The notes below the pieces were generated by a model. The model did not search any database and had not been told where the DNA came from. It saw only the letters and a program-made list of their open reading frames with translations. The position numbers were made by a program, and so were the translations under genes. Shown here one piece after another: positions 17,370-27,033 of a stretch of 64,000 bases of DNA; positions within the stretch are counted from its first letter, which is position 1, and every line of letters starts with the position of its first letter. This DNA comes from a virus. Location of the stretch: positions 30,831-94,830 of IMG/VR virus record IMGVR_UViG_3300005529_000003; one strand, given 5' to 3'.

Positions 17370-19970
17370 TTACCCGCCGATGTCCGACCCCTTCGGCGGT
17401 TTCGGCAGCGACTTCAGGTCGGGGAGTTCCTCCGGGAACCAGGGGTGGGTTTCGCCGACTTCCTCACGCAGGAACTGGGACGTCGATTGGCCCTGCTCGG
17501 TAAATCCAGGTTCGAGACGGGCTTCGCGGGACTCCTTCGCCGCCTCGCCGGCCCAGATCCTCGCCCGCTCCTCGATGGGTAGGTCTGAGTCCAGATAAGT
17601 TCCTTGCGAGGATTCTCTTTCGACCTCGAAGGCGATGTCCGCTGCCTCCTGTGCCGACATCCTCCGATCTCTCCTGCCAATTCTTTCTCCCCTAGCCTCT
17701 TCTCCTTCCTCGAACGACTCGAGGGCAGAACCCTCGTCCGCTGCGTTTTCTCCTTTACTCCGCCCTTTCGAGATCGTGTTTGTTTTTTCGAATTCGAAGC
17801 TGTCGAGCTTCGCATCGAGTTCCTCGATCAATTGGTTGCCGAGTTGCTGAGAGAGGGGAAGCTCATAATCCTGGATGTCGAACTCCTCTATCTCGTCGTC
17901 GAGGTAACGAATGAGGAGGCGGTGGATGTCTTCCCGCAGGAGGTCAGCTTCGTCCTTGATCGTCTCCAGATCGTGTGCTGCGACTCGGTCGGCCGTGATC
18001 TTCTCCAAACGGCGGCTGAGGTCTTCGTAAGCCCTCCACGGTCCCTGCCTCATCTCGTCCTGTTCCTTGAAGTGGGCTCGCCACCAGCCAGGAGATCCTG
18101 GTGTTTGACCTTCCTTAGCGGACCACTCCTTTTGCCCCATCGACCACCAGTCCTCGTTCCCCATCGACGGACGCCATTCAGGGTCGGTCCTAGCGTTCAA
18201 CGAATGCAGGCGGGCGAGTCGTTTCTGGAAGAGGGCCTTGGAGACTTTCTGGTCTGCGTGGTCTTTCCCCTGGTTCGACAGAATGTCTTGCTGCTTCTCA
18301 AGGAAGTTTTCGTCACGGTTGTCGTCAATGAATTCGATGAACTGGACGGACTCGAGGAGTTTCTGCTGACCTTCTGGCGACATCGACATGATTTGCTGGA
18401 CGGTCCACCGCTTCTTCATCGCCTCATGGTGTCGTGATTCTTCCTCTTCTTCCTTGATTTCCCTTTTATCGCGGTATTGCTCCGCGAAAGCCGCTGGCGA
18501 TTCCCGTTCCTTCTCCACGACTTGCTCGGCGAACTCGGGCGTACCCACCTTGACGATCTCACCCTTCGAGCCGAGGGCGACAGGCCCTTCTCCTCGTCTG
18601 CGATAGTCGTCTTCCGTCAACCTCTGCACCGTTGATGGGTGAGAGAGACTTTGGTATTCGCGATCGAATTCCGCTTCTCGTCGCCTTCCTGTCCCCGTCT
18701 TCAAGTATTCGTTGGCGTACTTGACCATGAACGAGTCGGGCTCGAAGGAGTCGTACTCGAACTCTGAGGGGGCTTTCGGCGTCGTCGCAGCCGCCTTGTT
18801 GATCGTGTGGATCTGGTCGCGGTAAACCTTGCGGATCTTTCCCTCGTCGGTGTAGACGAAGAACTCGTAAGGCTTCGTGTCCTTCGCCTTCTTGTACACA
18901 ACGAACCCGTGCATGACGACGTTCTTGCCTGTCTGTTCGTCCTTATCCTTGAGGACGATCTGGGCCTCGAGGGTGTTTTCCTCCTTCCGCTCCATGTGCC
19001 CGCGTTTAGCTAGCCAGATGATGTAGCCGGTCGGACACTCCTCGATCCGCTTGCCGAAGAACTTCCCCTTCGTCATGACGTAAACATCGCCAGGTGGTTT
19101 CCGGTAGGAGACGACCAGGGCGTACTCGAGTTGGGCCGAGAGCGTAAGGGCTTCGCCAGCGAGAGGGGCCTGGACTCGCTCTCTCCGCCCGATAGCCGCT
19201 TTCAGCTCCTGTGCCGCTTTTCCCAGGCGATCGAGGTTGTTGGCGTACCAGTTCAGGTCGCGTTCCTGTTCTCCCGCCTTGATGTCTCCCTTGTGAATTC
19301 CTTTCTTGAGTCTCGTGTAGGCGTCGATGACGTCCTGGTGGATCTCCGCCTGTGACTTCAGGGCTTCCGAAAGACCCTTCTCCTCGGCTTCCTTGATGAT
19401 TTCCTTGAGTCTGCCCGCGATGCCTGCACTCTCGGCATTCGTCCGGAAGCTAAAGCCAGTGGCGTATCCGCTGTCTTCCAGTGTGTCCACGAGTTTGAGC
19501 CGCTTCTCAACTTCCCTTACATCCTCCTTCGAGTCCACAAAGAGAACGGCATTCCCAGGAAGTCGTTTGACCGTCGTCAGGAGGAACCAGTAACGGTCCA
19601 CAACTTTTGCCAACTCCTTTTCTGCCGTCTGTTTCGCATTGATCTTGGCCTTCTCTGCCTGAAAACGAAGCTTCTCGACTGCGGCGATGTACTCATCTCT
19701 GGCCCGCTGCACCTTCATTTCCTTCGACTTATCGTTCGGGCTATTTCTGCTGATCTGAGCGAATTTCTCATAAGCTTTCCGTTCCCTGACCTTCAACTCG
19801 CCTTCAATGAATTCGACTTCCTTCTTCAGCTCCTTCTCCACTTTCCTGTTAAGGATTTCTGGAGCCAACTCGGACGGCGTCTTCTTGTTTAGTAACGGGT
19901 GAACGCTCGTAACGAGGACGTGGTTCCTGTTCTTTGCGTCGTATTTATCACGACCAACTTCAATTTTCAT
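17370..19970 (-). CDS. Large charged hypothetical protein (866 aa) with an internal DUF3820/ExoX-C-like motif
   Basis: Long ORF; MTKGKFFGKRIEECPTGYIIWL resembles MPFGKyKG..l.dlP..Yl.W. Confidence 0.8.
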   Translation of the reverse strand: MKIEVGRDKYDAKNRNHVLVTSVHPLLNKKTPSELAPEILNRKVEKELKKEVEFIEGELKVRERKAYEKFAQISRNSPNDKSKEMKVQRARDEYIAAVEKLRFQAEKAKINAKQTAEKELAKVVDRYWFLLTTVKRLPGNAVLFVDSKEDVREVEKRLKLVDTLEDSGYATGFSFRTNAESAGIAGRLKEIIKEAEEKGLSEALKSQAEIHQDVIDAYTRLKKGIHKGDIKAGEQERDLNWYANNLDRLGKAAQELKAAIGRRERVQAPLAGEALTLSAQLEYALVVSYRKPPGDVYVMTKGKFFGKRIEECPTGYIIWLAKRGHMERKEENTLEAQIVLKDKDEQTGKNVVMHGFVVYKKAKDTKPYEFFVYTDEGKIRKVYRDQIHTINKAAATTPKAPSEFEYDSFEPDSFMVKYANEYLKTGTGRRREAEFDREYQSLSHPSTVQRLTEDDYRRRGEGPVALGSKGEIVKVGTPEFAEQVVEKERESPAAFAEQYRDKREIKEEEEESRHHEAMKKRWTVQQIMSMSPEGQQKLLESVQFIEFIDDNRDENFLEKQQDILSNQGKDHADQKVSKALFQKRLARLHSLNARTDPEWRPSMGNEDWWSMGQKEWSAKEGQTPGSPGWWRAHFKEQDEMRQGPWRAYEDLSRRLEKITADRVAAHDLETIKDEADLLREDIHRLLIRYLDDEIEEFDIQDYELPLSQQLGNQLIEELDAKLDSFEFEKTNTISKGRSKGENAADEGSALESFEEGEEARGERIGRRDRRMSAQEAADIAFEVERESSQGTYLDSDLPIEERARIWAGEAAKESREARLEPGFTEQGQSTSQFLREEVGETHPWFPEELPDLKSLPKPPKGSDIGG

Positions 19971-20087
19971 CGGGCTGCTGAGCAGAAGAAAGAAAGAGAG
20001 TTATCCTTCCTGGTGCGGAAGAAGTCCGCAACAAGAATCTTCTGTCAGCATCATCGCTCTAATTCACTCACTTCTTGATTTCACTTA

Positions 20088-20180
20088 ATGTTCGACACCC
20101 TCCTAGGTAAAATCAAGACGTTCTGGAAGTCCCTCTGGGCTGGTAGTTCGTCTCATCGCGAGGTGGCGTCCCGTCTACGC
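20088..20180 (+). pseudogene. Displaced original 5' end of the portal gene
   Basis: MFDTLLGKIKTFWKSLWAGSSSHREVASRL duplicates the N-terminus of 20725..22188, then runs into antisense HNH sequence. Confidence 0.8.
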
Positions 20181-20711
20181 CTAAGTAGGGAAGTTAAGCT
20201 TGGCGAATTCTCCGTATCTTTCAATAGCGGCAGAGTCGTACATTCTGGCTGCCTCTTCTTCGCTGTCCGAACTCCCTAGATATACAGTCTCGCTTTGGTC
20301 GTTTTTTATTTGAGCCCGCCACTTTGCGTACTGCTTATGCCAGCTAACCCCCTTGAACCGGCTGGTTTTACCAGGCTTGTTTTGGGGTGTCGAGTTCCTC
20401 CTGTTTTGTCTGTGAGTAGCTAGACGAAGATTTGAGCGAACGTTGTTCAGGCCGTTTTGGTCGATGTGGTCAACTTCCATCCCTCTAGGCGCATTCATGA
20501 TGAGTCGGTGCAGATAAACAGTTCTCCAGATCCCCTCGACTTTCACTTTTGCTGCGGCATATACGCCGTTTCTCTTTCTGTTCAAAAACCAGTGATAGTT
20601 CCTTACCAACTCGATATCTTCCGGACTAATCCAAGTTACGATTCCCTCACGCAGTTCAATTGAGTAACGAGCAGTTGTCGATTGCAGGGTATTTTCAGCT
20701 AGTTCAGACAT
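20181..20711 (-). CDS. HNH-AP2 homing endonuclease
   Basis: YLHRLIM...EVDHIDQNGLNNVRSNLR (HNH_3); SRFKGVSW...WRAQI...YLG...EEEAARMYD (AP2); AT-rich relative to flanks. Confidence 0.93.
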   Translation of the reverse strand: MSELAENTLQSTTARYSIELREGIVTWISPEDIELVRNYHWFLNRKRNGVYAAAKVKVEGIWRTVYLHRLIMNAPRGMEVDHIDQNGLNNVRSNLRLATHRQNRRNSTPQNKPGKTSRFKGVSWHKQYAKWRAQIKNDQSETVYLGSSDSEEEAARMYDSAAIERYGEFAKLNFPT

Positions 20712-20724
20712 TTTAAGATTGTAG

Positions 20725-22188
20725 TTGGTCGTGGGTCTAATCAACAAAGTTGTTCAATTTTGGAAGTCTTTATGGGCAGGCAGTTCTTCCCATAGAGAAA
20801 TGGCCTCGCTATTACAATATGGGGCTGGCCTCGGGACTTTCTCAGGAGCGTGGACGGACTCGCGCATCGAGCTGGTGCGGCACTTCCGCCACTGGGTCTA
20901 CATCGCCGTCGATCGCATCGCGACAAAAGTAGCCACGCAGGTTCCGAACGTCACGTTCGTTCGTGCGGACCTGGATTACATGGACGCGGCGAAGAAGCGT
21001 AGAAACGGCAAGGCGACTCTTTCTCCCTATCACCGCAGCAAGGCTCTCACTCCTCTCCGCAGTCATGAAGAACTCGAGCCGGCAAGAGAAGATCACCCGC
21101 TTGTCAGACTCCTCCACGACCCGAACGAACCCGACACCGCCTATGACCTGTGGTACGAGACGGTCCTGTTCTTGAAGCTCACCGGCTCTTCCTACTGGTG
21201 GATTCCGAAGAACAAGACGACGGGGTTGCCCGAGGCGATCTGGGTCATCCCCTCTCACTGGATCTGGCCTGTCGTCGGCAAGGATCGCACGATCGACGGC
21301 TACGAGGTCCGCCCGGTTGAGGGCAACTACCTCCGCAAGTTCCTCCCTTACGAGGACGTCCTCCACTTCAAGTTCAAATCACCGACTTCAAAGATCGACG
21401 GTTACTCCCCGCTCACCGCAGTCAACAACTGGGTGGACACGCAGGAGAGCGTTGATCGCTCCCGCTTCTTCTTTTTCCGCAACGGCACGTTCCCAACCGT
21501 CGCCATTGAATTCGCGGGCGACCTTCAGGATCTGACGAAGGAGAAACTCGATCAGATCGAGGCGAAGTTGATGAACCGCTCTCAAGGCGAAACAAAAAGC
21601 GGGAAACCACTTTTTGTTCCTCCGGGGATGAAGCTCAAGCCGCTGTGGATTACCGCTCCGGAAATGGGCTTCATCGAGAGCGCCGAGCAACTCCGCGACA
21701 ACATCCTGGCAGCGTTCGGCGTGCCGGCGTGTATCGCTCAGATCAACTCCGATATGACGTACGGGAGCGTGACGGCGGCTCAGGCCGGCTTCTTCACGAT
21801 GACCGTCAATCCTCTTCTTCGTTTTCTCGGCCAGGTGATTACTGAGAAGATGGCGTGGCTCTACGATCGCAAGCTCCGCGTGTGGTGGGAGGACATGACG
21901 CCCGACGATCCTGAGATGGTGGAAAAGCGTATCCAGACGGATCTTCTCGCCGCTGCCAGGACGCCCAACGAGATTCGCGGGCTTCGCGGATACGCCGCTT
22001 ACACGCACGGCGGTGACGATCCCATCGTCGCCCGTAACCTCGCCGTCCTGCCGATCGGTACGGGGCGAAAGCCTGAGTGGCAAATCGCTGATCCAGGGCT
22101 CGACAACGAACGCAACGCCCTTAAAGACCCCTCTTCTCCCACCGAAAAGCCGCTCGTCGAAAACGACGACACTGACGATAAAGAATAA
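20725..22188 (+). CDS. Portal protein (HK97-like)
   Basis: VYIAVDRIA, HPLVRLLHDPN, VLHFK...GYSPL, ILAAFGVP, TPNEIR; start codon (TTG/GTG) uncertain. Confidence 0.93.
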   Translation: MVVGLINKVVQFWKSLWAGSSSHREMASLLQYGAGLGTFSGAWTDSRIELVRHFRHWVYIAVDRIATKVATQVPNVTFVRADLDYMDAAKKRRNGKATLSPYHRSKALTPLRSHEELEPAREDHPLVRLLHDPNEPDTAYDLWYETVLFLKLTGSSYWWIPKNKTTGLPEAIWVIPSHWIWPVVGKDRTIDGYEVRPVEGNYLRKFLPYEDVLHFKFKSPTSKIDGYSPLTAVNNWVDTQESVDRSRFFFFRNGTFPTVAIEFAGDLQDLTKEKLDQIEAKLMNRSQGETKSGKPLFVPPGMKLKPLWITAPEMGFIESAEQLRDNILAAFGVPACIAQINSDMTYGSVTAAQAGFFTMTVNPLLRFLGQVITEKMAWLYDRKLRVWWEDMTPDDPEMVEKRIQTDLLAAARTPNEIRGLRGYAAYTHGGDDPIVARNLAVLPIGTGRKPEWQIADPGLDNERNALKDPSSPTEKPLVENDDTDDKE

Positions 22189-23795
22189 TGAGTACTCTCG
22201 AAATCAAATCCGTCTTCCTCTCCGTCGCCGAGAGGGAGAAGAAACTTTCTGAACTCGCGAATCACAAGGACTCGCAGAGTCTTTGTTTCAAAGACGCCTC
22301 TCAGTTCTCCTACACGCTGTCGGAGTCGAAGGGAGGTATTGTCGGTCACGACCACACCGATCCGTCCGTCCTTGAGATCAACGAGAAGGAGATGTGGGCG
22401 GAGTTCAAGCTAACACAACTCCGCAGAGATCACCACGGCGACATCGTCGAGCCGAAGGGCTGTCTGCCCTTCCTCTCGGAGTACGAGAAGAACGCGCAGG
22501 TGTTCTTCAGCCACCGCTCCAGTGATGTACCGATCGCCAAGTCCACCGATGCCAACGGCAAACTTCGCCTGCGAGTCACCGACGAGGACATGGTCGCAAG
22601 GGCGTACTTCCACAACGTCACGCAGGAGAGCGTCGAGGTCTTTAAGCTCATCACGCTCGGGTACTTGAAGGGGGCATCGATCGGCTTCGTGCCCGTCCTC
22701 GGAGAGTGGATCGAAAGGCCCGAACGCAAGAAAGACAAGGACGAAAACAAGAACGAGATCGACTTCGACTTCGGCGGCATCCGTTTCAAGAAGTGGAAAC
22801 TTCTGGAGTGGAGCGTCGTCCCGATCCCCGCCAACGCTGACGCCATTCGCGGCTTCCTGTCACGCGAGAAGTCCCTCTCCCCCATCACCCGCAACTTCCT
22901 CTCTCCTTACGCCGCCGAGAGGAAGGCGTTCCTCTTCCTTCCCGGTCAACTCACCAAAGAGATTCAACATATGTCTGTCGATACGAACACTGAAGAAAAT
23001 AAAATCACAACCGCAGCGGAGGAGCTTACCAAGGCGGTTGAAAACATGGACAAAGTCATTGAGACGATGAAGGACGTCACAAAAAATATCGATTCGATGG
23101 TTGTTGAAGCTACCGTCACTGATAACCCTGAAACGAAGAACGTCGAAGTTGTTGAGAAGGCCGTAGAGAAGAGCGTGGAAGCTACTTCCGCCGCGGAGAT
23201 GAACTCCTCCGACAAGACTCCCAGCGACGACATGCCGTACGGATGCAGCGTCCTCTGCAAGGCTCACGAGCTGCACAAGGCGGCTCATGATCACTTCATG
23301 ACGAGTTACAAGAAGATCGACAACGAGAAGACGATCAAGTTCGTCACCCGTCATGTGAACAAGTTTGCCAAGGCGATGAACGCTCTGTCGAAGTTCGCGG
23401 CAGAGAATTACCCGAAGCACGTCAAGGAGCCGGTCGAAGTCGCGGGCATCGACAACAGCGACGATGACGAACCGGAACACAAGTCGCTCTTTATTGATGA
23501 TTCTCTTGTCGAGGTTGTCGAATTCCTGAAGGAACTCGCGGAGGATAACAAGCTCACGAAGGCCCAGAAAGCCGCGTGCAAGTTGTATTCTCAGTCGCTC
23601 AAATCCGTTAATTTTACCAGTTCACCGGCAAAACCGCAGGAAGTGAAAACGGTTTTCGAGGAAAAAACATCGGCGACCGAAACTCAGACCCCTAACAAGG
23701 AAGAGGCGCATATTGTCAAAGTTCTGGAGAACTGCGAGAAGGTCGATGAGAAGATCAAGAGTTTGTTTTACAAGTTGTTCGGCACAGAGATGTAA
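22188..23795 (+). CDS. HK97-family prohead protease with C-terminal scaffold-like extension
   Basis: RDHHGDIV, FFSH, GYLKGASIGF, LLEWSVVPIPANADA. Confidence 0.9.
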   Translation: MSTLEIKSVFLSVAEREKKLSELANHKDSQSLCFKDASQFSYTLSESKGGIVGHDHTDPSVLEINEKEMWAEFKLTQLRRDHHGDIVEPKGCLPFLSEYEKNAQVFFSHRSSDVPIAKSTDANGKLRLRVTDEDMVARAYFHNVTQESVEVFKLITLGYLKGASIGFVPVLGEWIERPERKKDKDENKNEIDFDFGGIRFKKWKLLEWSVVPIPANADAIRGFLSREKSLSPITRNFLSPYAAERKAFLFLPGQLTKEIQHMSVDTNTEENKITTAAEELTKAVENMDKVIETMKDVTKNIDSMVVEATVTDNPETKNVEVVEKAVEKSVEATSAAEMNSSDKTPSDDMPYGCSVLCKAHELHKAAHDHFMTSYKKIDNEKTIKFVTRHVNKFAKAMNALSKFAAENYPKHVKEPVEVAGIDNSDDDEPEHKSLFIDDSLVEVVEFLKELAEDNKLTKAQKAACKLYSQSLKSVNFTSSPAKPQEVKTVFEEKTSATETQTPNKEEAHIVKVLENCEKVDEKIKSLFYKLFGTEM

Positions 23796-23881
23796 TCGTG
23801 ATGTATAGAAATTACATGCGTCGTTTTCGTGTTATCATGAAAACTGATTCGTTGTCTTTCTTCCTTTATGTATAGAACTGA

Positions 23882-24202
23882 ATGCCGCCGCCGTCATCGT
23901 CTTCTTCTCGACGTAGTGAGACTTCCGCTAGCAAGACGCAGCAAACTCCTATCTCTTTGTCAGTTAGCCAGAAAGCAACGTCTTCGGCGACTCGAGAAGG
24001 CGAAGCAAGTAAAGAATGCAAGGAATGTAAACACTGGCTGAAGAAGGGCGTCAGTGAGCAGACGCAAGCAGAACTCGGCGACTGCCGTCTCGAGCCCCCT
24101 TTCCTGATCGTCCCTGGAATCCCTCTCACTCAGTTCGGCCCTCTCTCCTTCCACCCCGTCACATCTGGCAGCGACTGCTGCTCTCACTTCACGCAGAAAT
24201 AA
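23882..24202 (+). CDS. Small Cys-rich hypothetical protein
   Basis: CKECKHW...GDCRLEPP...DCCSHF. Confidence 0.5.
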   Translation: MPPPSSSSSRRSETSASKTQQTPISLSVSQKATSSATREGEASKECKECKHWLKKGVSEQTQAELGDCRLEPPFLIVPGIPLTQFGPLSFHPVTSGSDCCSHFTQK

Positions 24203-24250
24203 CCAGCGGCACTCATCTCTCGCCGCTCACTTCGGAGAAATCCAACTCTA

Positions 24251-25675
24251 ATGTCCGCAGATAACAAGACTCCTTCCGTTACTGACTCGCTTGCTCAGAA
24301 GGTCGAGTCGCTGGCCGATTCGCAGAAGAAGACCGTTGAGGTCCTCGAGAAACTCGTCGAGAAGACATCCTCGAATGCCGAGCAGAACCGCAAGTCGCTC
24401 TTCGGTGGCGGCGCTCCTAACGTCCGCACTGGCGAGAGCGCTCTAACGAGTCGCGGCTTCAGCTACATGAAGCTGCTCCAGGCGATGTCGAAGATCGTTC
24501 CTTATGAGGACGCGAAGGTCGAGATCGACCTCCACAATCGCCTCCAGAAGCTGTACGTCGATAAGTTCGGCTACCAGAAGGCCGAGACGAACTCGATCCT
24601 CGTCCCCATGTCCTCGTCCTTCCTGGCGATCAGTTGCCCGGAAGAGCGGCAGTTCAGCGAGGAAGTCGGCCAGGTCGTCAAGGCCGGTCTGCACGGGCTC
24701 GACTGGCATGAGTACGTCGCTCTTCGCAAGACGCTGTCGTGGACGGACGAGTCTGCTCTCGGTTCGTTCGTCGCCCCGCCGATCCAGGGCGAACTGATCG
24801 AGCTGTTCCGCAACCGTGAAGTCTTCATGCGGGCGGGGGCTCGTGCGATGCCGATGCCGCCCAACGGCCGCATTGTCTTCCCCCGTCACACCGGGCCGTC
24901 GAGTGCCTACTTCATCGGCGAGAACACGTCGATCACCACGAGCGAGCAGACCTCCGGCGATCTGACCCTCCAGGCGAAGAAACTCGCCGCCCGCGTCACC
25001 GTCCCCAACGAGCTGTTCCGCTTTAGCTCCGTCAGCATGGAGATGTTCCTCCGCGACGATATCGCGAAGGTCTGCTCCCTGAAGCTCGATAGCGCCCTGC
25101 TCCAGGGCGTCGGCAGCACGGTCGCTCCCAAGGGCCTCATCAACTACTCCGGCATCAATACCCACACCGCTCTTACTGTTGGCGCGAACGGCAACACCTT
25201 CCAGCCGGAAGACGTCGCCACGATGATCTCGAAGGTCGAGGAGCAGAACGCCGTCTTCAAGGGCTTCGTGATGCGCCCGCAGCTTTGGGGTGGGATCGTC
25301 AACCGCCGATCGGACGCTGTCAACGCGGGCGATTCGAAGGGGCCATTCGTTTTCAACTACCTGCGTGGCTACGAGCAGAGTCAGAAGCTCGAGAATGGCA
25401 CCGACGCCAACCTCTACGGCTACCCGGTGTGGAAGAGTACGAACATCTCCAACACCCGCTCGAAGGGGAGTGCCTCGAACCTGACCTACATCCTCGGCGG
25501 CGACTTCAACGACTACGTCCTCGCGATGAGTGCCGTCATGGAGTTCGCCATCAACACGCAGGGTGACACGGTCTTCGCCAACGACCAGACGCAGATCCGC
25601 GCCATCATGATGTGTGACGGCGGGCCTCGCCACGAGGCTTCGTTCATCCTCTGCGATAACCTGCTGAACGCCTAA
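24251..25675 (+). CDS. Major capsid protein (HK97 fold)
   Basis: GSFVAPPIQGELIELFR, AYFIGE, LTLQAKKLAARVTVPNEL, LDSALLQG.G...PKGL, LYGYPV, GDFNDY. Confidence 0.95.
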   Translation: MSADNKTPSVTDSLAQKVESLADSQKKTVEVLEKLVEKTSSNAEQNRKSLFGGGAPNVRTGESALTSRGFSYMKLLQAMSKIVPYEDAKVEIDLHNRLQKLYVDKFGYQKAETNSILVPMSSSFLAISCPEERQFSEEVGQVVKAGLHGLDWHEYVALRKTLSWTDESALGSFVAPPIQGELIELFRNREVFMRAGARAMPMPPNGRIVFPRHTGPSSAYFIGENTSITTSEQTSGDLTLQAKKLAARVTVPNELFRFSSVSMEMFLRDDIAKVCSLKLDSALLQGVGSTVAPKGLINYSGINTHTALTVGANGNTFQPEDVATMISKVEEQNAVFKGFVMRPQLWGGIVNRRSDAVNAGDSKGPFVFNYLRGYEQSQKLENGTDANLYGYPVWKSTNISNTRSKGSASNLTYILGGDFNDYVLAMSAVMEFAINTQGDTVFANDQTQIRAIMMCDGGPRHEASFILCDNLLNA

Positions 25676-25723
25676 GCAGTCAGCTTTTTCTAACAAACTC
25701 ACTTATCTCGGAGAAAGCTGATA

Positions 25724-26389
25724 ATGGCAGATCTCTCTAAACTTCAGACGGACGGTGGGCAGAAGACCGCCGCCGTTGCCGCGGGCTCTGGTGCTGCCGA
25801 CGTCGTCGTCAGCGCCAAGCCTGGCCGCATCAATCGTATCGTCATCACCACCGCAGGGACGGCCTCTCTCGAACTCTACGACCACGCTTCCGCCACGGCG
25901 GGTGCGAAGCTCGTATGGAAGAGTGGGGCTACGCCGGCTGTTGATACCGACAACAAGACGCTGGACATCCCTGTCGCCAACGGCATCGTCGCCCTTCAAG
26001 CAAGCGGAACGGCCGCTGTCACGATCTACTTCACGGAGGACGAGGTCGCTGGCACTGGCGAGTCGGCCGACAAATCTCACCCCGTCGCTCTTGGCGGACA
26101 CTACACGTCCTACCACGCCGCCGGGAGTTCCGGAGCGGGTGCTGCTCTTGCCGAGCAGGGTCGTCTCTGCCGACTTGTCGTCCTCTCGTCTGGCTCCGCC
26201 GCGACGGTGATCTACGACAACGACGACGCTGCTTCAGGGACGAAGGTCTTCACGCTGAAGGCCAACCCGACCGTCGGTGCGGTCTACGACATCCAGGCCC
26301 CCTGTGCGGCCGGCATCTACGTCGCCGGCGCGACGAACACTTCTGCCCTCCTCATCACTTACTCGAAGAACGCAGCCAACGGTCGGTAA
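25724..26389 (+). CDS. Putative head decoration protein with two internal repeats
   Basis: Position after the capsid gene; repeated GR...V...(L/I)YD..A..G.K...DI....GI unit. Confidence 0.6.
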   Translation: MADLSKLQTDGGQKTAAVAAGSGAADVVVSAKPGRINRIVITTAGTASLELYDHASATAGAKLVWKSGATPAVDTDNKTLDIPVANGIVALQASGTAAVTIYFTEDEVAGTGESADKSHPVALGGHYTSYHAAGSSGAGAALAEQGRLCRLVVLSSGSAATVIYDNDDAASGTKVFTLKANPTVGAVYDIQAPCAAGIYVAGATNTSALLITYSKNAANGR

Positions 26390-26435
26390 ACCGCTAACTT
26401 TTCTCGAAGATACTAAACACAAGAAAGATACATAA

Positions 26436-26876
26436 ATGAGCGCGACGTTTTTAGTTGACCTCGCCCACACGCTCGAGGGCGACGTCTCCATTGCTCCGCA
26501 GAACTACTCCACGGCGGGCACGAAGACTGGCAGCTTTGTTGATCTCCTCGGCTCCGACGGCCCGGTTCATGCTTTCGTCATGACGGGGGATTGCGGCGAT
26601 GCCGACACGAGCTTCTATGTGAAGCTTCAGGAGTCCGTTGATGGAACGAACGACATCACAGATGTCGCCGACTCTACCTCCTCGACTTACTCGGGAGCGA
26701 GCGGCATGGACAACCTTCTCTTTGCCGTCTCCACGAACAAGCGTACCAAGCGTTACGTTCGGGCTGCTGTCGTGATCGCGACGTCCGGTACGGCTGATGT
26801 GGATATTGCCGTTGGCGTCTTCGGTCGGAAGAAGATTGCTGGCAGCGGTGCCGGAACTTACACGACTGTTTCGTAA
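26436..26876 (+). CDS. Putative capsid cement/decoration protein
   Basis: VKLQES.DG...TDV, KRYVRA motif typical of small post-capsid beta proteins. Confidence 0.6.
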   Translation: MSATFLVDLAHTLEGDVSIAPQNYSTAGTKTGSFVDLLGSDGPVHAFVMTGDCGDADTSFYVKLQESVDGTNDITDVADSTSSTYSGASGMDNLLFAVSTNKRTKRYVRAAVVIATSGTADVDIAVGVFGRKKIAGSGAGTYTTVS

Positions 26877-27033
26877 CGAAGTCACTTCCACGCGAGTATT
26901 CTAGAACTCGCAAGTCACTTCCCCTTCGAAACCCTCGCGACCGACTTCATTTCTTACTCGTAAACTTCTCACCAATCCTCTCTCCTTCAAGTTTTACGAG
27001 TAGACAAGTCGGTCGCGGGGGTTCATCTCTTTC

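Noticed and set aside
20088-20760. Group I intron in the portal gene
   Set aside because: The antisense HNH fills almost the whole insert, no P7 or other core elements are evident, and the gene start is duplicated rather than split.
21388-25702. Long antisense ORFs (e.g. 24443..25702, 21388..22083; also 2347..3162, 56508..57305)
   Set aside because: Shadow frames of codon-biased real genes, with no motifs or initiation signals.
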